Of a stretch of DNA of 55,634 nt, positions 34,481-44,520 are shown in pieces. Position 1 is the stretch's first letter; each line of letters opens with the position of its first letter. The stretch is from Candidatus Eiseniibacteriota bacterium (GTDB taxonomy: Bacteria; Joyebacterota; Joyebacteria; Joyebacterales; Joyebacteraceae). The notes under the pieces were generated by a model. That model was not told the origin of the DNA. It was given only the letters and a program-made list of their open reading frames with translations, and did not search any database. The position numbers and the translations under genes are program-made. The stretch lies in NCBI GenBank assembly GCA_030613615.1, contig JAUWLR010000002.1:1-55634 (forward strand). Reading direction: 5' to 3'.

Positions 34481-36307
34481 CTAGTTCATCTTGATAGTGA
34501 CCGACTCGCCGCCCGTCTCGCCGCTCGTCTTCTCCTTCAGAACCTCCGCCGGGTCTTTGATGTACTGGAAGTTCTCCTCGATGAACTCAACGGTAACGGT
34601 GTTGCGCGCGTCTTCGAGCAGCGCGGTCAGAAGAGCTTCTCTCTCTATGGCAATGACCGACTGCTTCACCACGCCCCCAACCTCGTCGAATCCCATCTGA
34701 CGTTCCGGGTACTGCGCGAGCACCTTCACGAGCGCGTACCCGCCGGGAGCGCGCACCGGCCCGCCTATCTCACCTATTTCGAGGTCAAACGCCACTCCCT
34801 GCAGATAGTCGAGCCGCCTCTCACCCTGACGATACGTCGGTATCACGCCGTCCTTTGCCTTGCTCCACGTGTCTATGGAAAGCGTCCTCACCATGTCGGT
34901 GAACGTCGCCTCTCCCGATTGGATGCGCTGAAGGATGCGGTTGGCCTGCGCCTCGGTCGACACGATCAGCTGCTGGACGTCCACGCCGGCGGGCTCGACG
35001 AAGCTCTCGAGATTCGACCTGTAGTAGTCGCGAATCTCCTGGCCTGTCGGCTCGTCGACCTTCTTCACAACCTCCTGATCGTACGTGATGTCTATGATGA
35101 ACTCCTCGGTCCGCTGCTCGAGGAAGTCCTTCATCTCCTGGCTGCCGCGGTAGCCCCCCTCCTGAATCTTCGCCTCGATGCTCTCGCGCTGGATGTTGCG
35201 CGTCATGAAGGATTCGATGCGCACGCGGTCGCCGGTCTTGACAGTCTCTATGCCGGGCACTTCCCCGCACCTCCGAGCGAAGTCGCCAAGGGTCACGACC
35301 CTCTCGTCACCGAAGATATTGTAGGTGAGAAGCACCATCTCCGCCTCTTCGTCGGTGAACTCGGGGATGACAGAGATGCGGGCGCGCTCCATGCTCTCCT
35401 CCCTCGTCGCCGCCTCCGTCTGCGGGATGGCCTCGAGGACGGCCTCGTCGATCTTCGTCCCACAAAGGTCAATGTTGTCATCCACGTAGACGGCGTTCGA
35501 CGACTCGTCCCACTCCCTGAAGAGGTAGTACTCGATCATGTTTCTCTTGAAGTTGCGCGCCTCAGCGCTGATGCCCGTGAGGTGATTTCCCTCGAGGGGT
35601 TTCAGGTTGGGCGGATCCTTCCGCGACAGAACCTTGTAGATGTAGTAGGTGGCGCCGATCTTGTGTACGGGCGTGATGGCGCCCGTTTCGAGGTAGCGCA
35701 CTTCGACTCGCGTCAGTGGATGCAGGTCCGTCCAGACCGCCACCGGCATGCGTCCCTCATCCTGCGCGGTCCCCGCCGTGGAAACCTCACCCGCGACGCG
35801 CCCAAAGTCTTCTCCACCCTCGGTCACGCGGCGGTGGGCGTCGTTCGCCACGTCTTCATCCATCGAGCTGATCTCCTGAAGCTGGAACAGGTCGTCACGG
35901 ACCGCGTAGTAGTCCTCGACTTCCTCCGGCGTGACCTGCGCCGGACTGACGATGAGTTCCTCCCTGAGCATTTCCTCGGCCTCGGAGTCTTCGAAGTACT
36001 CGAGGGCGCCCGCAAGCCTGTCGTCACTCAGAACACCCAGCCTGATACCGTAGATGACGAGCAGCTCTTTGCGGACGACCTCGTCCATGAACTGCCGCTT
36101 CCCCTCGTCTCCGGGGACGTCCGGAACCATTCCGGCTGGTACTCTGTCCAGTCGGTCATTGATGTAGCCAACGGAGACCTCGCGGGGCTCCACTACTCCC
36201 TCGTTATCGGTCAGTCTGATGGCCGGCTTGTCCTCGACGGACGAGCAACCCGCGGCCATGGCGGCCACTACGACAGCAAGAACGAAGAAGGCTGTGAACT
36301 TCCTCAT
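34481..36307 (-). CDS. SurA/PpiD-like chaperone lipoprotein with degenerate parvulin-like domains
   Basis: ATG with AAAGGAGAA upstream. Lipobox AMAAGC. Parvulin-like segments: ...GATYYIYKVLSRK and VDVQQLIVST...APGGYALVKVL. Confidence 0.55.
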   Translation of the reverse strand: MRKFTAFFVLAVVVAAMAAGCSSVEDKPAIRLTDNEGVVEPREVSVGYINDRLDRVPAGMVPDVPGDEGKRQFMDEVVRKELLVIYGIRLGVLSDDRLAGALEYFEDSEAEEMLREELIVSPAQVTPEEVEDYYAVRDDLFQLQEISSMDEDVANDAHRRVTEGGEDFGRVAGEVSTAGTAQDEGRMPVAVWTDLHPLTRVEVRYLETGAITPVHKIGATYYIYKVLSRKDPPNLKPLEGNHLTGISAEARNFKRNMIEYYLFREWDESSNAVYVDDNIDLCGTKIDEAVLEAIPQTEAATREESMERARISVIPEFTDEEAEMVLLTYNIFGDERVVTLGDFARRCGEVPGIETVKTGDRVRIESFMTRNIQRESIEAKIQEGGYRGSQEMKDFLEQRTEEFIIDITYDQEVVKKVDEPTGQEIRDYYRSNLESFVEPAGVDVQQLIVSTEAQANRILQRIQSGEATFTDMVRTLSIDTWSKAKDGVIPTYRQGERRLDYLQGVAFDLEIGEIGGPVRAPGGYALVKVLAQYPERQMGFDEVGGVVKQSVIAIEREALLTALLEDARNTVTVEFIEENFQYIKDPAEVLKEKTSGETGGESVTIKMN

Positions 36308-36376
36308 CAGGTTTCTCCTTTCGTGTCACCAGAGCCGCCGGATGGTGCCGGCGCCCCTCTTCCATATGGGAAACGC

Positions 36377-36412
36377 GCTACCTCAGAAGAACGAGCTACC
36401 CCACGCTACCCC
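36377..36412. repeat. Three copies of GCTACC(T/C)C (GGGGTAGC on the gene strand) in the mfd-PPIase intergenic region
   Basis: gctacctc at 36377-36384, and gctacccc at 36395-36402 and 36405-36412. They lie between the mfd terminator and the ATG at 36307. Confidence 0.4.
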
Positions 36413-36426
36413 AGTAAAGGCGAAGA

Positions 36427-36442
36427 AGCCCGTGAACGGGCT
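36427..36442 (-). terminator. Intrinsic terminator after mfd
   Basis: On the minus strand, AGCCCG-UUCA-CGGGCU is followed by UCUUCGCCUUUAC. It lies 14 nt after the mfd stop at 36456. Confidence 0.5.
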
Positions 36443-36455
36443 CCGATGCGTAACG

Positions 36456-39400
36456 CTAGAGTTTATCAGAGTCTGCGAACTGCTTCAACACCTTTCTCCC
36501 CAGCTGCAGGGCTTCTCTCCTGCCACCGGGCGATGCGAATTTCATCGTCAGTCCCCCTGCTGCATCGAATTCCAATGGCGTCTCGCACGACTTGAGGGCG
36601 GCCCGCAGGCGACCGGGCTTCGGTTCGAAGCCGGGCGCGAACTCCGCCTCCACGGTCCCGGCCGCCAGACCTATACGCCTGACACCTACCTTTTCGCACA
36701 CGACTCTCAGGGCCTGGACCTCCAGAAGTCCGGCGACCTCCGGAGGCAGCTTCCCAAACCTGTCGGAAAGTTCGCTCGTCAGCGCATCGACCGCACCGAG
36801 GTCACCGGCGTCCCGGATCCTTTTGTAGATGTCTATCTTCATGTCGGTGTCCGCAATGTACGAATCTGGAATGTATGCGTCCACCTTGATATCAATAGAT
36901 GCCTGGTGTTTCTCAACGACCGCCTCTCCTTTGAGCCGCTTCACGGCGCCCCTCAGGAGTTTCGCGTAGAGATTGAACCCCACCGCCAGCATGTGACCAT
37001 GCTGCTGGGCGCCCAGGATGTTGCCGGCGCCCCTGATCTCGAGATCGCGCATCGCAAGCTTGTACCCGGATGAGAGGTCGGTGAACTCCTGGATGGCGGC
37101 TAGGCGGCGTCTTGCTATCGGCGTGATGCCGCGGTCGCGCGGTATCAGCAGGTACGCGTACGCCCTGTGATTGGAGCGCCCCACGCGCCCCCGCAGCTGG
37201 TAGAGCTGGGCAAGGCCAAAGCGGTCCGCCCGGTTGATGATGATCGTGTTGACATTCGGGATGTCCAGACCGGATTCGATGATCATGCTGCACACCAGGA
37301 CGTCGATCTGACCATCGAGAAATCTCATCATCACGGACTCGAGCTGCCGCTCCGCCATCTGCCCGTGGCCGACGTCGATGACGAATCCGGAGAGGAGCCC
37401 CCTGAGGTAGGTCGCCATGCCCTCGATGGTCTCCACCCGGTTGTGCACGAAGTAGACCTGGCCGCCCCGGTCCATCTCACGAAGGACGGCCTCCACGATC
37501 AGGTCTGCGTCGAAGGCCGCGATCTCCGTCCGAACGGGCAGCCGATCCCTCGGCGGCGTGTTGATGAGCGACATGTCCCGGGCGCCGACCAGCGACATGT
37601 GAAGCGTGCGCGGGATTGGGGTGGCCGTCATCGTGATGACATCCACCGATCCCTTCATCTTCTGGATGGTCTCCTTGTGCAGGACGCCGAACTGCTGCTC
37701 TTCATCCGTGACCAGAAGCCCGAGGTCGTGGAACTTGACGTCCTTCTGCACGAGCCGGTGTGTACCGATGATGATATCGACCTTGCCGCTGGCGACGCGC
37801 TCGAGGACCTGTTTCTGCTCCTTGGCGGTCCGGAACCTCGACAGCACGTCGATCTCGACCGGATAGTCGGCGAGACGGTCCCTGAAGGTCGTGAGGTGCT
37901 GCTGCGCCAGGATCGTCGTGGGCACCAGCACGGCCACCTGTTTGCCGTCCATCACCGCCTTGAACGCCGCACGTATCGCGACCTCCGTCTTCCCGAACCC
38001 AACGTCGCCGCACACGAGCCTGTCCATTGGACGACTGGACTCCATGTCGCTCTTGATATCCTCGGTCGCCCTGAGCTGATCCTCGGTCTCCTCGTAGATA
38101 AACGAGGCCTCGAGCTCCTGCTGCCACACCACGTCCTGGCCGAACGCGTGTCCCGGACGCGCCTTCCGCGACGCGTAGAGCTGGAGGAGTTCGCGCGCGA
38201 GTTCGGCCACGGCCGCCTTGGCCTTCGCCTTGGTCTTCGTCCACGCCGCACCGCCGAGCTTGTTGAGGCGAGGCTTCACCCCATCCTTCCCGACGTACTT
38301 CTGGAGGCGGTCGATCTCATCGGACGGAACGTAGAGCTTCCCGCCATCCGAGTAGTCGACCACAACGCAGTCGACCAGCCTCCCGTCGGCCTCGAGGCGC
38401 GTCATGCCGACGTACTGTCCGATGCCATGATTGATGTGCACGACGTAGTCGCCCTGGACGAGCGTCTCGAAACTCGATAGGGGCGCTCCGCCGCGGAACT
38501 TGCGGCGCCTGCGCCTCCGGTACCTGTCGAAGATGCCGTGGTCCGTGTACACAACGAGGCCGGCGGCAGGCAACGCGAAGCCCTTCTCGAGGCTTCCGAT
38601 CTCGAGGGCGACGTCGGTTGTGGCCTCTCCGAGGAGCTCGGTCAGCCGCATGGCCTGTCCCCTGTTGTCACACATGATGAGGACGCGGTTGTCCCGTGAG
38701 AGTTCCCTGAGGCGCTTCCTGAGAAGCTCCAGGTCGGAACCGAACGACTCCTGCAACCTGGTCTCGACGGTCCACCGCTTGTGGCCGTGGAGGTGAGCGG
38801 GGGCGACGAGCCCAGAGCTGACGATCGGTCTCTTGCCCACCCTCTCCATGAGCCTGTCGAACGGGACGAGGAGCGCTTCCGGCTCGCACAGCGGCACCTG
38901 TTCCCTTTTGTCGTGGAACAAGTTCGCCGCCTCCAGGGAAAGCTGCTCGGCGCGATCCCAGACCTCGTCCGAGCGAACGACCATCACACCCGCCGCATCG
39001 GGCAGATGATCGATGAGCGTCTCCGTGTCCCTGTTGATGCTGGGAAGGTATTGCTCGACACCGTCGAAGTAGAAGCGTGATTCCAGCCCGTTCAAAAGGT
39101 GGTCCTTGTCCTCCGAGTCGCCGGGGTATTCCTCACGAAGACGCTGAACGATCTCGCCGGTACCCTCGCCCCTCAGAACGACCTCACGTCTCGGAAGCAC
39201 GGACGCCTCGTCGAGCTTGCGAACGGAGCGCTGGGTATAGACGTTGAACTGGCGGATCGACTCTATCCGCTCGCCGTCGAGCTCGAGTCTCAGTGGATCG
39301 TCGTATCCGAAGGGAAGGAGGTCGATAATGCCCCCGCGCACGCTGAAATCGCCCGAGTCTTCCACCATGCGCACGCGCTTGTAACCGAGGTCGACGAGCG

Positions 39401-39872
39401 ACCGCGCGAACACTTTGAGGTCGAGCGTCGTTCCGACGGACAGCCTGTGCGTGACATCGGTCAGAAGACGTCGCGACAGAGTCGTCTGCATGATGGCCTT
39501 CGGCGGGGTGACGACGACGATGGGCTCCCCGGCCGCCAGGCGTGAGAGCGTCAGAAGTCTCGACTCCGTGATACTCGCGAGGGGGGAGCGCCGCTCGTAG
39601 GGAAGCGTCTCCCACTCACCGAAGAGCTGGACGCTGTCCTCGCCAAGGAATGTGCTGAGATCGTCACAGGTGTGCTCCGCCTCCGAGAAGGTCGGGACTA
39701 TCACGACCCAGACGTACGGAAGCTCACGCGCGAGCACCGCCGCGAGAAGCGACTTCGAGGAACCGAGCAGACCGCTCACCCAGAGCCTGCGCCGCCCACC
39801 TCTGATGCTCTCGACTATGTCACGAAGAGGCGCAGCAGCTCGTGCTATGTCGACGATCCTGCGTCCGGGCAT
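36456..39872 (-). CDS. mfd: Transcription-repair coupling factor
   Basis: 1138 aa. UvrB-homology N-terminus, CarD-like segment (GDYVVHINHGIGQYVGM), superfamily-2 helicase motifs (GDVGFGKTEVA, DEEQQFG, TATPIPRT) and a TRG/TRCF C-terminus. Confidence 0.95.
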   Translation of the reverse strand: MPGRRIVDIARAAAPLRDIVESIRGGRRRLWVSGLLGSSKSLLAAVLARELPYVWVVIVPTFSEAEHTCDDLSTFLGEDSVQLFGEWETLPYERRSPLASITESRLLTLSRLAAGEPIVVVTPPKAIMQTTLSRRLLTDVTHRLSVGTTLDLKVFARSLVDLGYKRVRMVEDSGDFSVRGGIIDLLPFGYDDPLRLELDGERIESIRQFNVYTQRSVRKLDEASVLPRREVVLRGEGTGEIVQRLREEYPGDSEDKDHLLNGLESRFYFDGVEQYLPSINRDTETLIDHLPDAAGVMVVRSDEVWDRAEQLSLEAANLFHDKREQVPLCEPEALLVPFDRLMERVGKRPIVSSGLVAPAHLHGHKRWTVETRLQESFGSDLELLRKRLRELSRDNRVLIMCDNRGQAMRLTELLGEATTDVALEIGSLEKGFALPAAGLVVYTDHGIFDRYRRRRRRKFRGGAPLSSFETLVQGDYVVHINHGIGQYVGMTRLEADGRLVDCVVVDYSDGGKLYVPSDEIDRLQKYVGKDGVKPRLNKLGGAAWTKTKAKAKAAVAELARELLQLYASRKARPGHAFGQDVVWQQELEASFIYEETEDQLRATEDIKSDMESSRPMDRLVCGDVGFGKTEVAIRAAFKAVMDGKQVAVLVPTTILAQQHLTTFRDRLADYPVEIDVLSRFRTAKEQKQVLERVASGKVDIIIGTHRLVQKDVKFHDLGLLVTDEEQQFGVLHKETIQKMKGSVDVITMTATPIPRTLHMSLVGARDMSLINTPPRDRLPVRTEIAAFDADLIVEAVLREMDRGGQVYFVHNRVETIEGMATYLRGLLSGFVIDVGHGQMAERQLESVMMRFLDGQIDVLVCSMIIESGLDIPNVNTIIINRADRFGLAQLYQLRGRVGRSNHRAYAYLLIPRDRGITPIARRRLAAIQEFTDLSSGYKLAMRDLEIRGAGNILGAQQHGHMLAVGFNLYAKLLRGAVKRLKGEAVVEKHQASIDIKVDAYIPDSYIADTDMKIDIYKRIRDAGDLGAVDALTSELSDRFGKLPPEVAGLLEVQALRVVCEKVGVRRIGLAAGTVEAEFAPGFEPKPGRLRAALKSCETPLEFDAAGGLTMKFASPGGRREALQLGRKVLKQFADSDKL

Positions 39873-39975
39873 ACAGTTGTCCTCGTCTCACACAGGCTGG
39901 CCGGTGGGCTCTCCCCCTGGGGCTCGGGCAGTCCGCAGCGCGGGCCGCCTCGCCCTGCGGGGCAGGTCCGACACG

Positions 39976-42150
39976 CTATCCGAACCGCGGCCGTGCCAGG
40001 TACATCTCTACGCCCAGAAGCGCGAGGGCGACGTAGAGAAATGCGCGCCACAGCTCACGCCCGTACCTCGCCTGGAGCACTTCCTCCTCAAGCCGCGCGT
40101 CGGGTTCTATGAACGTGCATGGGAGCGGCGATAAGTACTCCTCAATCTCGGTCCAATCGGCGGGCTCAAGGTCGGATTCGCGCGGGTCCACATTGACGGC
40201 CCCGAGCGCCACCGTTCGCCCGCCCGCGGGGAAGCGGTAGATTCCCGGTTCGCCGACGCGCTCAACGACCGCCGTAGAAGCGCCCGTCAGCCTGAGCTCA
40301 GTGGTCAGTGTGCGGCCGGAAGGCAGCTCCACCTCCACGCGTTCGGCCGGAGCATCGCCGAGCCCGGCTACAAGGTCCTCCCCGACCATGGCGGCCACGG
40401 GACGCGAATTCGTCCGTGACAGCCGCTCGACCAGCCGGTGCATGAGCGGGACAATGAACCCGCTCCGCGGCAGGTCGCTCCAGGAGGGGTCGATGCCCAT
40501 CATGAGGGCAGCGACTTCCCCTCTCGGCGCGGCGGGATCCAACGCCGCGTCGTCCGCGACAGTACGGTTGACGACGAGCGCCGGCCCGATGCCCGGCAGC
40601 TCCAGGACCTCCTCGACCCCCGCCGCGCGCACATCGAACGCGCGCCGCACCACTATGTCGTCGATCAGACGCTCACCGAACACAAGCCCCTCGAGCAGGG
40701 GGTGCCCCTGCAGGGCGGGCGCGAGCCGCACGCCCTCGGCGCGCTCAATGGGCGCCCTGATCTCGATCCCGGTGAGCCCCGGGAGCAGTCCCGCGTTCCA
40801 GAAGCGAACGTCGGTTCGATTCCCGAACACGATGAAGACGCCTCCACCGCCGTCGACGTGCCGCCTCAGCCACCGCTCGGCGGCGGCGTCCAGCCTTCCT
40901 ACGTCCGCAAGGATGACCACCGGGAACCTGTCGCCAGCCTGGCGCGACAGCGTGTTCAGCGGCACCATGGAGACCGAAAACCTCTTGCTCTCGGTCGTCG
41001 GGTCGAGCGCCCGCTCAATGTAGTCCGCGTCATCGAGCCCCTGTGCGAGGTCGGGCCGAACCACCAGGATCTCCGTAAGACGCGCTGCCGGGATCACGAA
41101 GTAATGTCTGTTGTCGGCCGTGAATGCATCCGGCGGGAGCTCGATCCAACCCTCGTGCCATTCCGACTCGTCCACCGTAACCGCGAAACGCGCGACCGCG
41201 GACCCTCCGCGCTCGACGTCGATACCTGCCTGTCCGGCTTGCTCTCCGTCGACGAAGAGCCTCACCAGAACCTCGCGGCTCCGCCCGGCATGGCTGGACA
41301 CGCGCACGCTGACAGAGTACAGGCCCGTCGTGCCACCGTACTTCCGCTCGACGATGGCGGAGCCCAGTCCGAGATTCCCCGTGGGACCGTCGAAGGGCAA
41401 CAGGTAGGCGCGCGCCCCATCCTCGCCTCTCTGAGCCTCCGCCTCGCTATCTGGAGCTCCGGCTGCCTCAGATGAGTTCCGGACAGCCGGTCGCACCCAG
41501 CCGGTGCGCTGCAGGTCGCCTAGCACGTAGAGTTCGCGGTTGAGATTCCTGGATGCGCCGAGCAGGTCGAGCGAGAGATCCAGTGCCCCCGAGTAGTCTG
41601 TAGCGGCGTACCCCGCCTCCATCGAGTTCAACGCCTCCAGCAGAACATCCGGACTGAACGTGCCTTCGCCCAGCACCGCGTGGGCGGGATCGCTCGCCGC
41701 CACCAGGAAGGCCTGGTCTCCGTCATCGAGAAGGCCTGCTATGTCACGCGCGGCCGCCAGTGCTGCCGAGAGAAGGTCGCCGCCATCCCCGTCCCTCTTC
41801 ATGCTCGCGCTGTTGTCGATGACGATAGTGACCGAGGTCCTGGCGTGCGCACCACCCCCACCCGCAAGTGTCCCCTTGAGGGTGGGACGGGCCAGCGCCA
41901 GTGCCGCGGCGAGTATAATGAGGCTTCTGACGATGAGCAGCAGGATCTGCCTGAGGCGCACTCGCCTGATCCGTTTACGCTCGAGCTCTTTGAGGAACCG
42001 AAGCGAGCTGAAATCGATCGTCGCGACGCGCCGTCGGCTGATGAGATGGATCAGGAGTGGCAGGAGCGCCGCCAGTGAGGCGAAGAGGAACGCGCCGTTC
42101 AGGAAGGTGAAATTCAACCTGCTCTCCTTCGTGTCCGTAGCCTCGGACAT
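39976..42150 (-). CDS. BatA-like membrane protein (N-terminal double-TM aerotolerance-regulator-type domain plus VWA-like domain and large periplasmic extension)
   Basis: FLNGAFLFASLAALLPLLIHLISRRR, then a second TM and a VWA-like start VTIVIDNSASM. 724 aa with a C-terminal TM. It follows MoxR and DUF58. A TTG start at 42117 is possible. Confidence 0.65.
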   Translation of the reverse strand: MSEATDTKESRLNFTFLNGAFLFASLAALLPLLIHLISRRRVATIDFSSLRFLKELERKRIRRVRLRQILLLIVRSLIILAAALALARPTLKGTLAGGGGAHARTSVTIVIDNSASMKRDGDGGDLLSAALAAARDIAGLLDDGDQAFLVAASDPAHAVLGEGTFSPDVLLEALNSMEAGYAATDYSGALDLSLDLLGASRNLNRELYVLGDLQRTGWVRPAVRNSSEAAGAPDSEAEAQRGEDGARAYLLPFDGPTGNLGLGSAIVERKYGGTTGLYSVSVRVSSHAGRSREVLVRLFVDGEQAGQAGIDVERGGSAVARFAVTVDESEWHEGWIELPPDAFTADNRHYFVIPAARLTEILVVRPDLAQGLDDADYIERALDPTTESKRFSVSMVPLNTLSRQAGDRFPVVILADVGRLDAAAERWLRRHVDGGGGVFIVFGNRTDVRFWNAGLLPGLTGIEIRAPIERAEGVRLAPALQGHPLLEGLVFGERLIDDIVVRRAFDVRAAGVEEVLELPGIGPALVVNRTVADDAALDPAAPRGEVAALMMGIDPSWSDLPRSGFIVPLMHRLVERLSRTNSRPVAAMVGEDLVAGLGDAPAERVEVELPSGRTLTTELRLTGASTAVVERVGEPGIYRFPAGGRTVALGAVNVDPRESDLEPADWTEIEEYLSPLPCTFIEPDARLEEEVLQARYGRELWRAFLYVALALLGVEMYLARPRFG

Positions 42151-42211
42151 GTCCTTCGGTCGGAGCGCGTCCGCGGCCAGGGACTGATGGTTCGCGCGAG
42201 TGCGGCGAGCG

Positions 42212-43111
42212 CTACCCGAGCTTCTTGCGCTTCTCCAGATAGGAGAAGAGCGCGCGGTCGTACGGCGTCGACGTCAGCACGGGCACATAGTCGATCCTGC
42301 TCTCCGCGCACTCGCGCTTCAGCATTGTCTTCCACCGCTCTACTGCCTCCACATAGTCGCCGCGAATCGAGAACGGCTCCGTGGTCATGAGCTCACCTGT
42401 TTCCATGTCGCGGAACGTCGCATCCGCCTCGAAGCGGAACTCCGCTTCGGCAGGGTCCAGCACGTGGAAGACGATGACCTCGTGCTTCAGATGCCGGAAG
42501 TGCTTCAGTCCTGGGAGCACGCGTTCCGGGTCGTCAAGCAGGTCGGATATCAGTATAACGAGCCCCCGCCTTCGCACGCGCAGCGCCAGATCGTGGAGCA
42601 CGATGCCGATGTCGGTCTCGGCCGAAGCCTCCGCCCGGTCGAGTTCCGCCAGCAGTGTATGCAACTGTGTCGGACTCGATCTCGGAGCGACGAACTCGCG
42701 GACGGCCTGGTCGAACACCATCAGTCCGACGGAGTCCTGCTGCTTAAGCATGAGGTAGATAAGCGCGGCCGAGAGAAAGCGCGAGTAGTCGAGCTTCGAG
42801 ACACCTTCCGACCCGTATTCCATCGACCTGCTGGCGTCGAGGAGGATGTAGCCCCGGAGGTTGGTCTCTTCCTCGTACTCCTTGATGTAGAGCCGGTCGG
42901 TCTTCGCGTAGACCTTCCAGTCGATGTGTTTGAGTGGGTCGCCGGGCATGTACTGACGATGCTCCGCGAACTCGACGCTGAAGCCCTTGTACGGACTCCG
43001 ATGCATCCCCGTGACGAAGCCTTCGACGACGAGGCGCGCGCGCAGCTCCATCGTCGCGAGCTTCGACACGACAACGGGGTCGAGGAATCGTCTGTAGGAC
43101 TCGTCGGGCAT
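42212..43111 (-). CDS. DUF58 domain protein
   Basis: GMHRSPYKGFSVEFAEHRQYMPGDPLKHIDWKVYAKTDRLYIKEYEEET is the hallmark DUF58 block. It lies downstream of MoxR. Confidence 0.85.
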   Translation of the reverse strand: MPDESYRRFLDPVVVSKLATMELRARLVVEGFVTGMHRSPYKGFSVEFAEHRQYMPGDPLKHIDWKVYAKTDRLYIKEYEEETNLRGYILLDASRSMEYGSEGVSKLDYSRFLSAALIYLMLKQQDSVGLMVFDQAVREFVAPRSSPTQLHTLLAELDRAEASAETDIGIVLHDLALRVRRRGLVILISDLLDDPERVLPGLKHFRHLKHEVIVFHVLDPAEAEFRFEADATFRDMETGELMTTEPFSIRGDYVEAVERWKTMLKRECAESRIDYVPVLTSTPYDRALFSYLEKRKKLG

Positions 43112-43228
43112 CGTCGGTCTCTCTTGTGTGCGCCGGGTTGTGTGCGCGTCCGCGGCCTTCCCCCCGGGGCGATTCAGCCCGGCTGAGGGCTGTTGGAGCC
43201 CTGGGGGGAACGGCCGGGGACGCTAGAG

Positions 43229-44239
43229 CTAACGTGCGTCCTTCACGAGGCGATCGACGATGTCCGACGCGGACACGCCGTCGGCCTCGGCATTGAAGTT
43301 CGTGACGATGCGATGCCGTAGGACCGGCTGCGCGACCGCCTTGACATCCTCGGTCTCGGGCGCGAACTTGCCTCTGAGGATCGCGCGGGTCTTGGCACCG
43401 AGGCCCAGATACTGCGACGCGCGCGGGCCGGCGCCCCAGCTCACCCAGTTCCGGATGTAGTCGGGTGAATCGTCAGCCGGGCGCGTGCTCCGGGCGAGGC
43501 GAACCGCGTAGGCCAGAACGTGGTCCGGCACGGGCACTCGGCGGACGAGTTTCTGGAGCCTGAGGATGTCCTCTCCGGTAAGGACTACCTTGAGATCGGG
43601 AACGTAGGCGCTCGTAGTCGACTCGACGATCTCCCGCTCTTCCTCCTCGGTCGGATAGTCCACATGGATACTGAACATGAAGCGGTCGAGCTGCGCCTCC
43701 GGAAGTGGATACGTTCCCTCGAGCTCGATGGGGTTCTGCGTGGCCAACACGAAGAACGGCAGGTCGAGCGAGTAAGTATTGCCCCCGGACGTCACCTGCT
43801 TCTCCTGCATGGCTTGCAGCAGGGCCGCCTGGGTCTTGGGCGGGGTTCTGTTGATCTCGTCGGCGAGCACCACGTTCGCAAACACCGGGCCCTTGATGAA
43901 CTTGAAGCTTCGGGCGTGGGTCGTCGGATCCTCCTCGATGATGTCTGTCCCTGTGATGTCGGACGGCATGAGGTCGGGCGTGAACTGGATGCGCTTGAAC
44001 CCAAGATCGATGACGCCCGCGAGCGTGCTTACCATCAGGGTCTTCGCGAGTCCCGGCACACCTATGAGCAGGCAGTGCCCGTCCGCCAGTATGGCCATCA
44101 TGAGCTCGTCGATCACCTGGTTCTGCCCGACTATCGCCTTCCGCACCTCCCTGAAGATCGCGTCGCGTGCGCTTGCCAACGCCTCGATGGTCTCCAGATC
44201 TCCCTTGCCACTACGGGGCAGTGCGCCTTCTGTGCTCAT
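43229..44239 (-). CDS. MoxR-family AAA+ ATPase
   Basis: Walker A LLIGVPGLAKT, Walker B VVLADEINR, and the blocks LLQAMQEKQV and FVLATQNPIELEGTYPLPEAQLDRF are typical of MoxR. Confidence 0.9.
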   Translation of the reverse strand: MSTEGALPRSGKGDLETIEALASARDAIFREVRKAIVGQNQVIDELMMAILADGHCLLIGVPGLAKTLMVSTLAGVIDLGFKRIQFTPDLMPSDITGTDIIEEDPTTHARSFKFIKGPVFANVVLADEINRTPPKTQAALLQAMQEKQVTSGGNTYSLDLPFFVLATQNPIELEGTYPLPEAQLDRFMFSIHVDYPTEEEEREIVESTTSAYVPDLKVVLTGEDILRLQKLVRRVPVPDHVLAYAVRLARSTRPADDSPDYIRNWVSWGAGPRASQYLGLGAKTRAILRGKFAPETEDVKAVAQPVLRHRIVTNFNAEADGVSASDIVDRLVKDAR

Positions 44240-44416
44240 GGTCTTCCTCGTTTCCCGTGGGAACCTGTCAAGACTCGTGGTTTCATCGGAACATGAATGG
44301 GGTAGCGTGAATGCACCTAGCCGCCGCGCCGGGCCGTGTGCACGTCCCCCGCGCCGCGGTTATGTCATCTGAGAATCCAGGGACCACACACATCTTTGAT
44401 ACATGCGGTCCGGGTC

Positions 44417-44446
44417 AGTCTAGCAGGATATGAGGGCTCTGTTCAA
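44417..44446 (-). promoter_or_regulatory. Promoter candidate for the MoxR operon (TTGAAC-18-TAGACT)
   Basis: On the minus strand, the -35 is at 44441-44446 and the -10 at 44417-44422. It implies a leader of ~170 nt. Confidence 0.3.
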
Positions 44447-44520
44447 GGGCCGCTCGCCGAGACGCGGGGGCTTCCGCGCTCCCGTTCGTAGCCTCGGAAC
44501 GGCGGTTGCGCGTGGCGATC

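Noticed and set aside
34214-36595. 793-aa plus-strand ORF antisense to the PPIase genes and the mfd 3' end
   Set aside because: For the same reasons: low-complexity Arg/Leu/Pro-rich translation opposite well-supported lipoprotein and chaperone genes that have SD sequences and lipoboxes.
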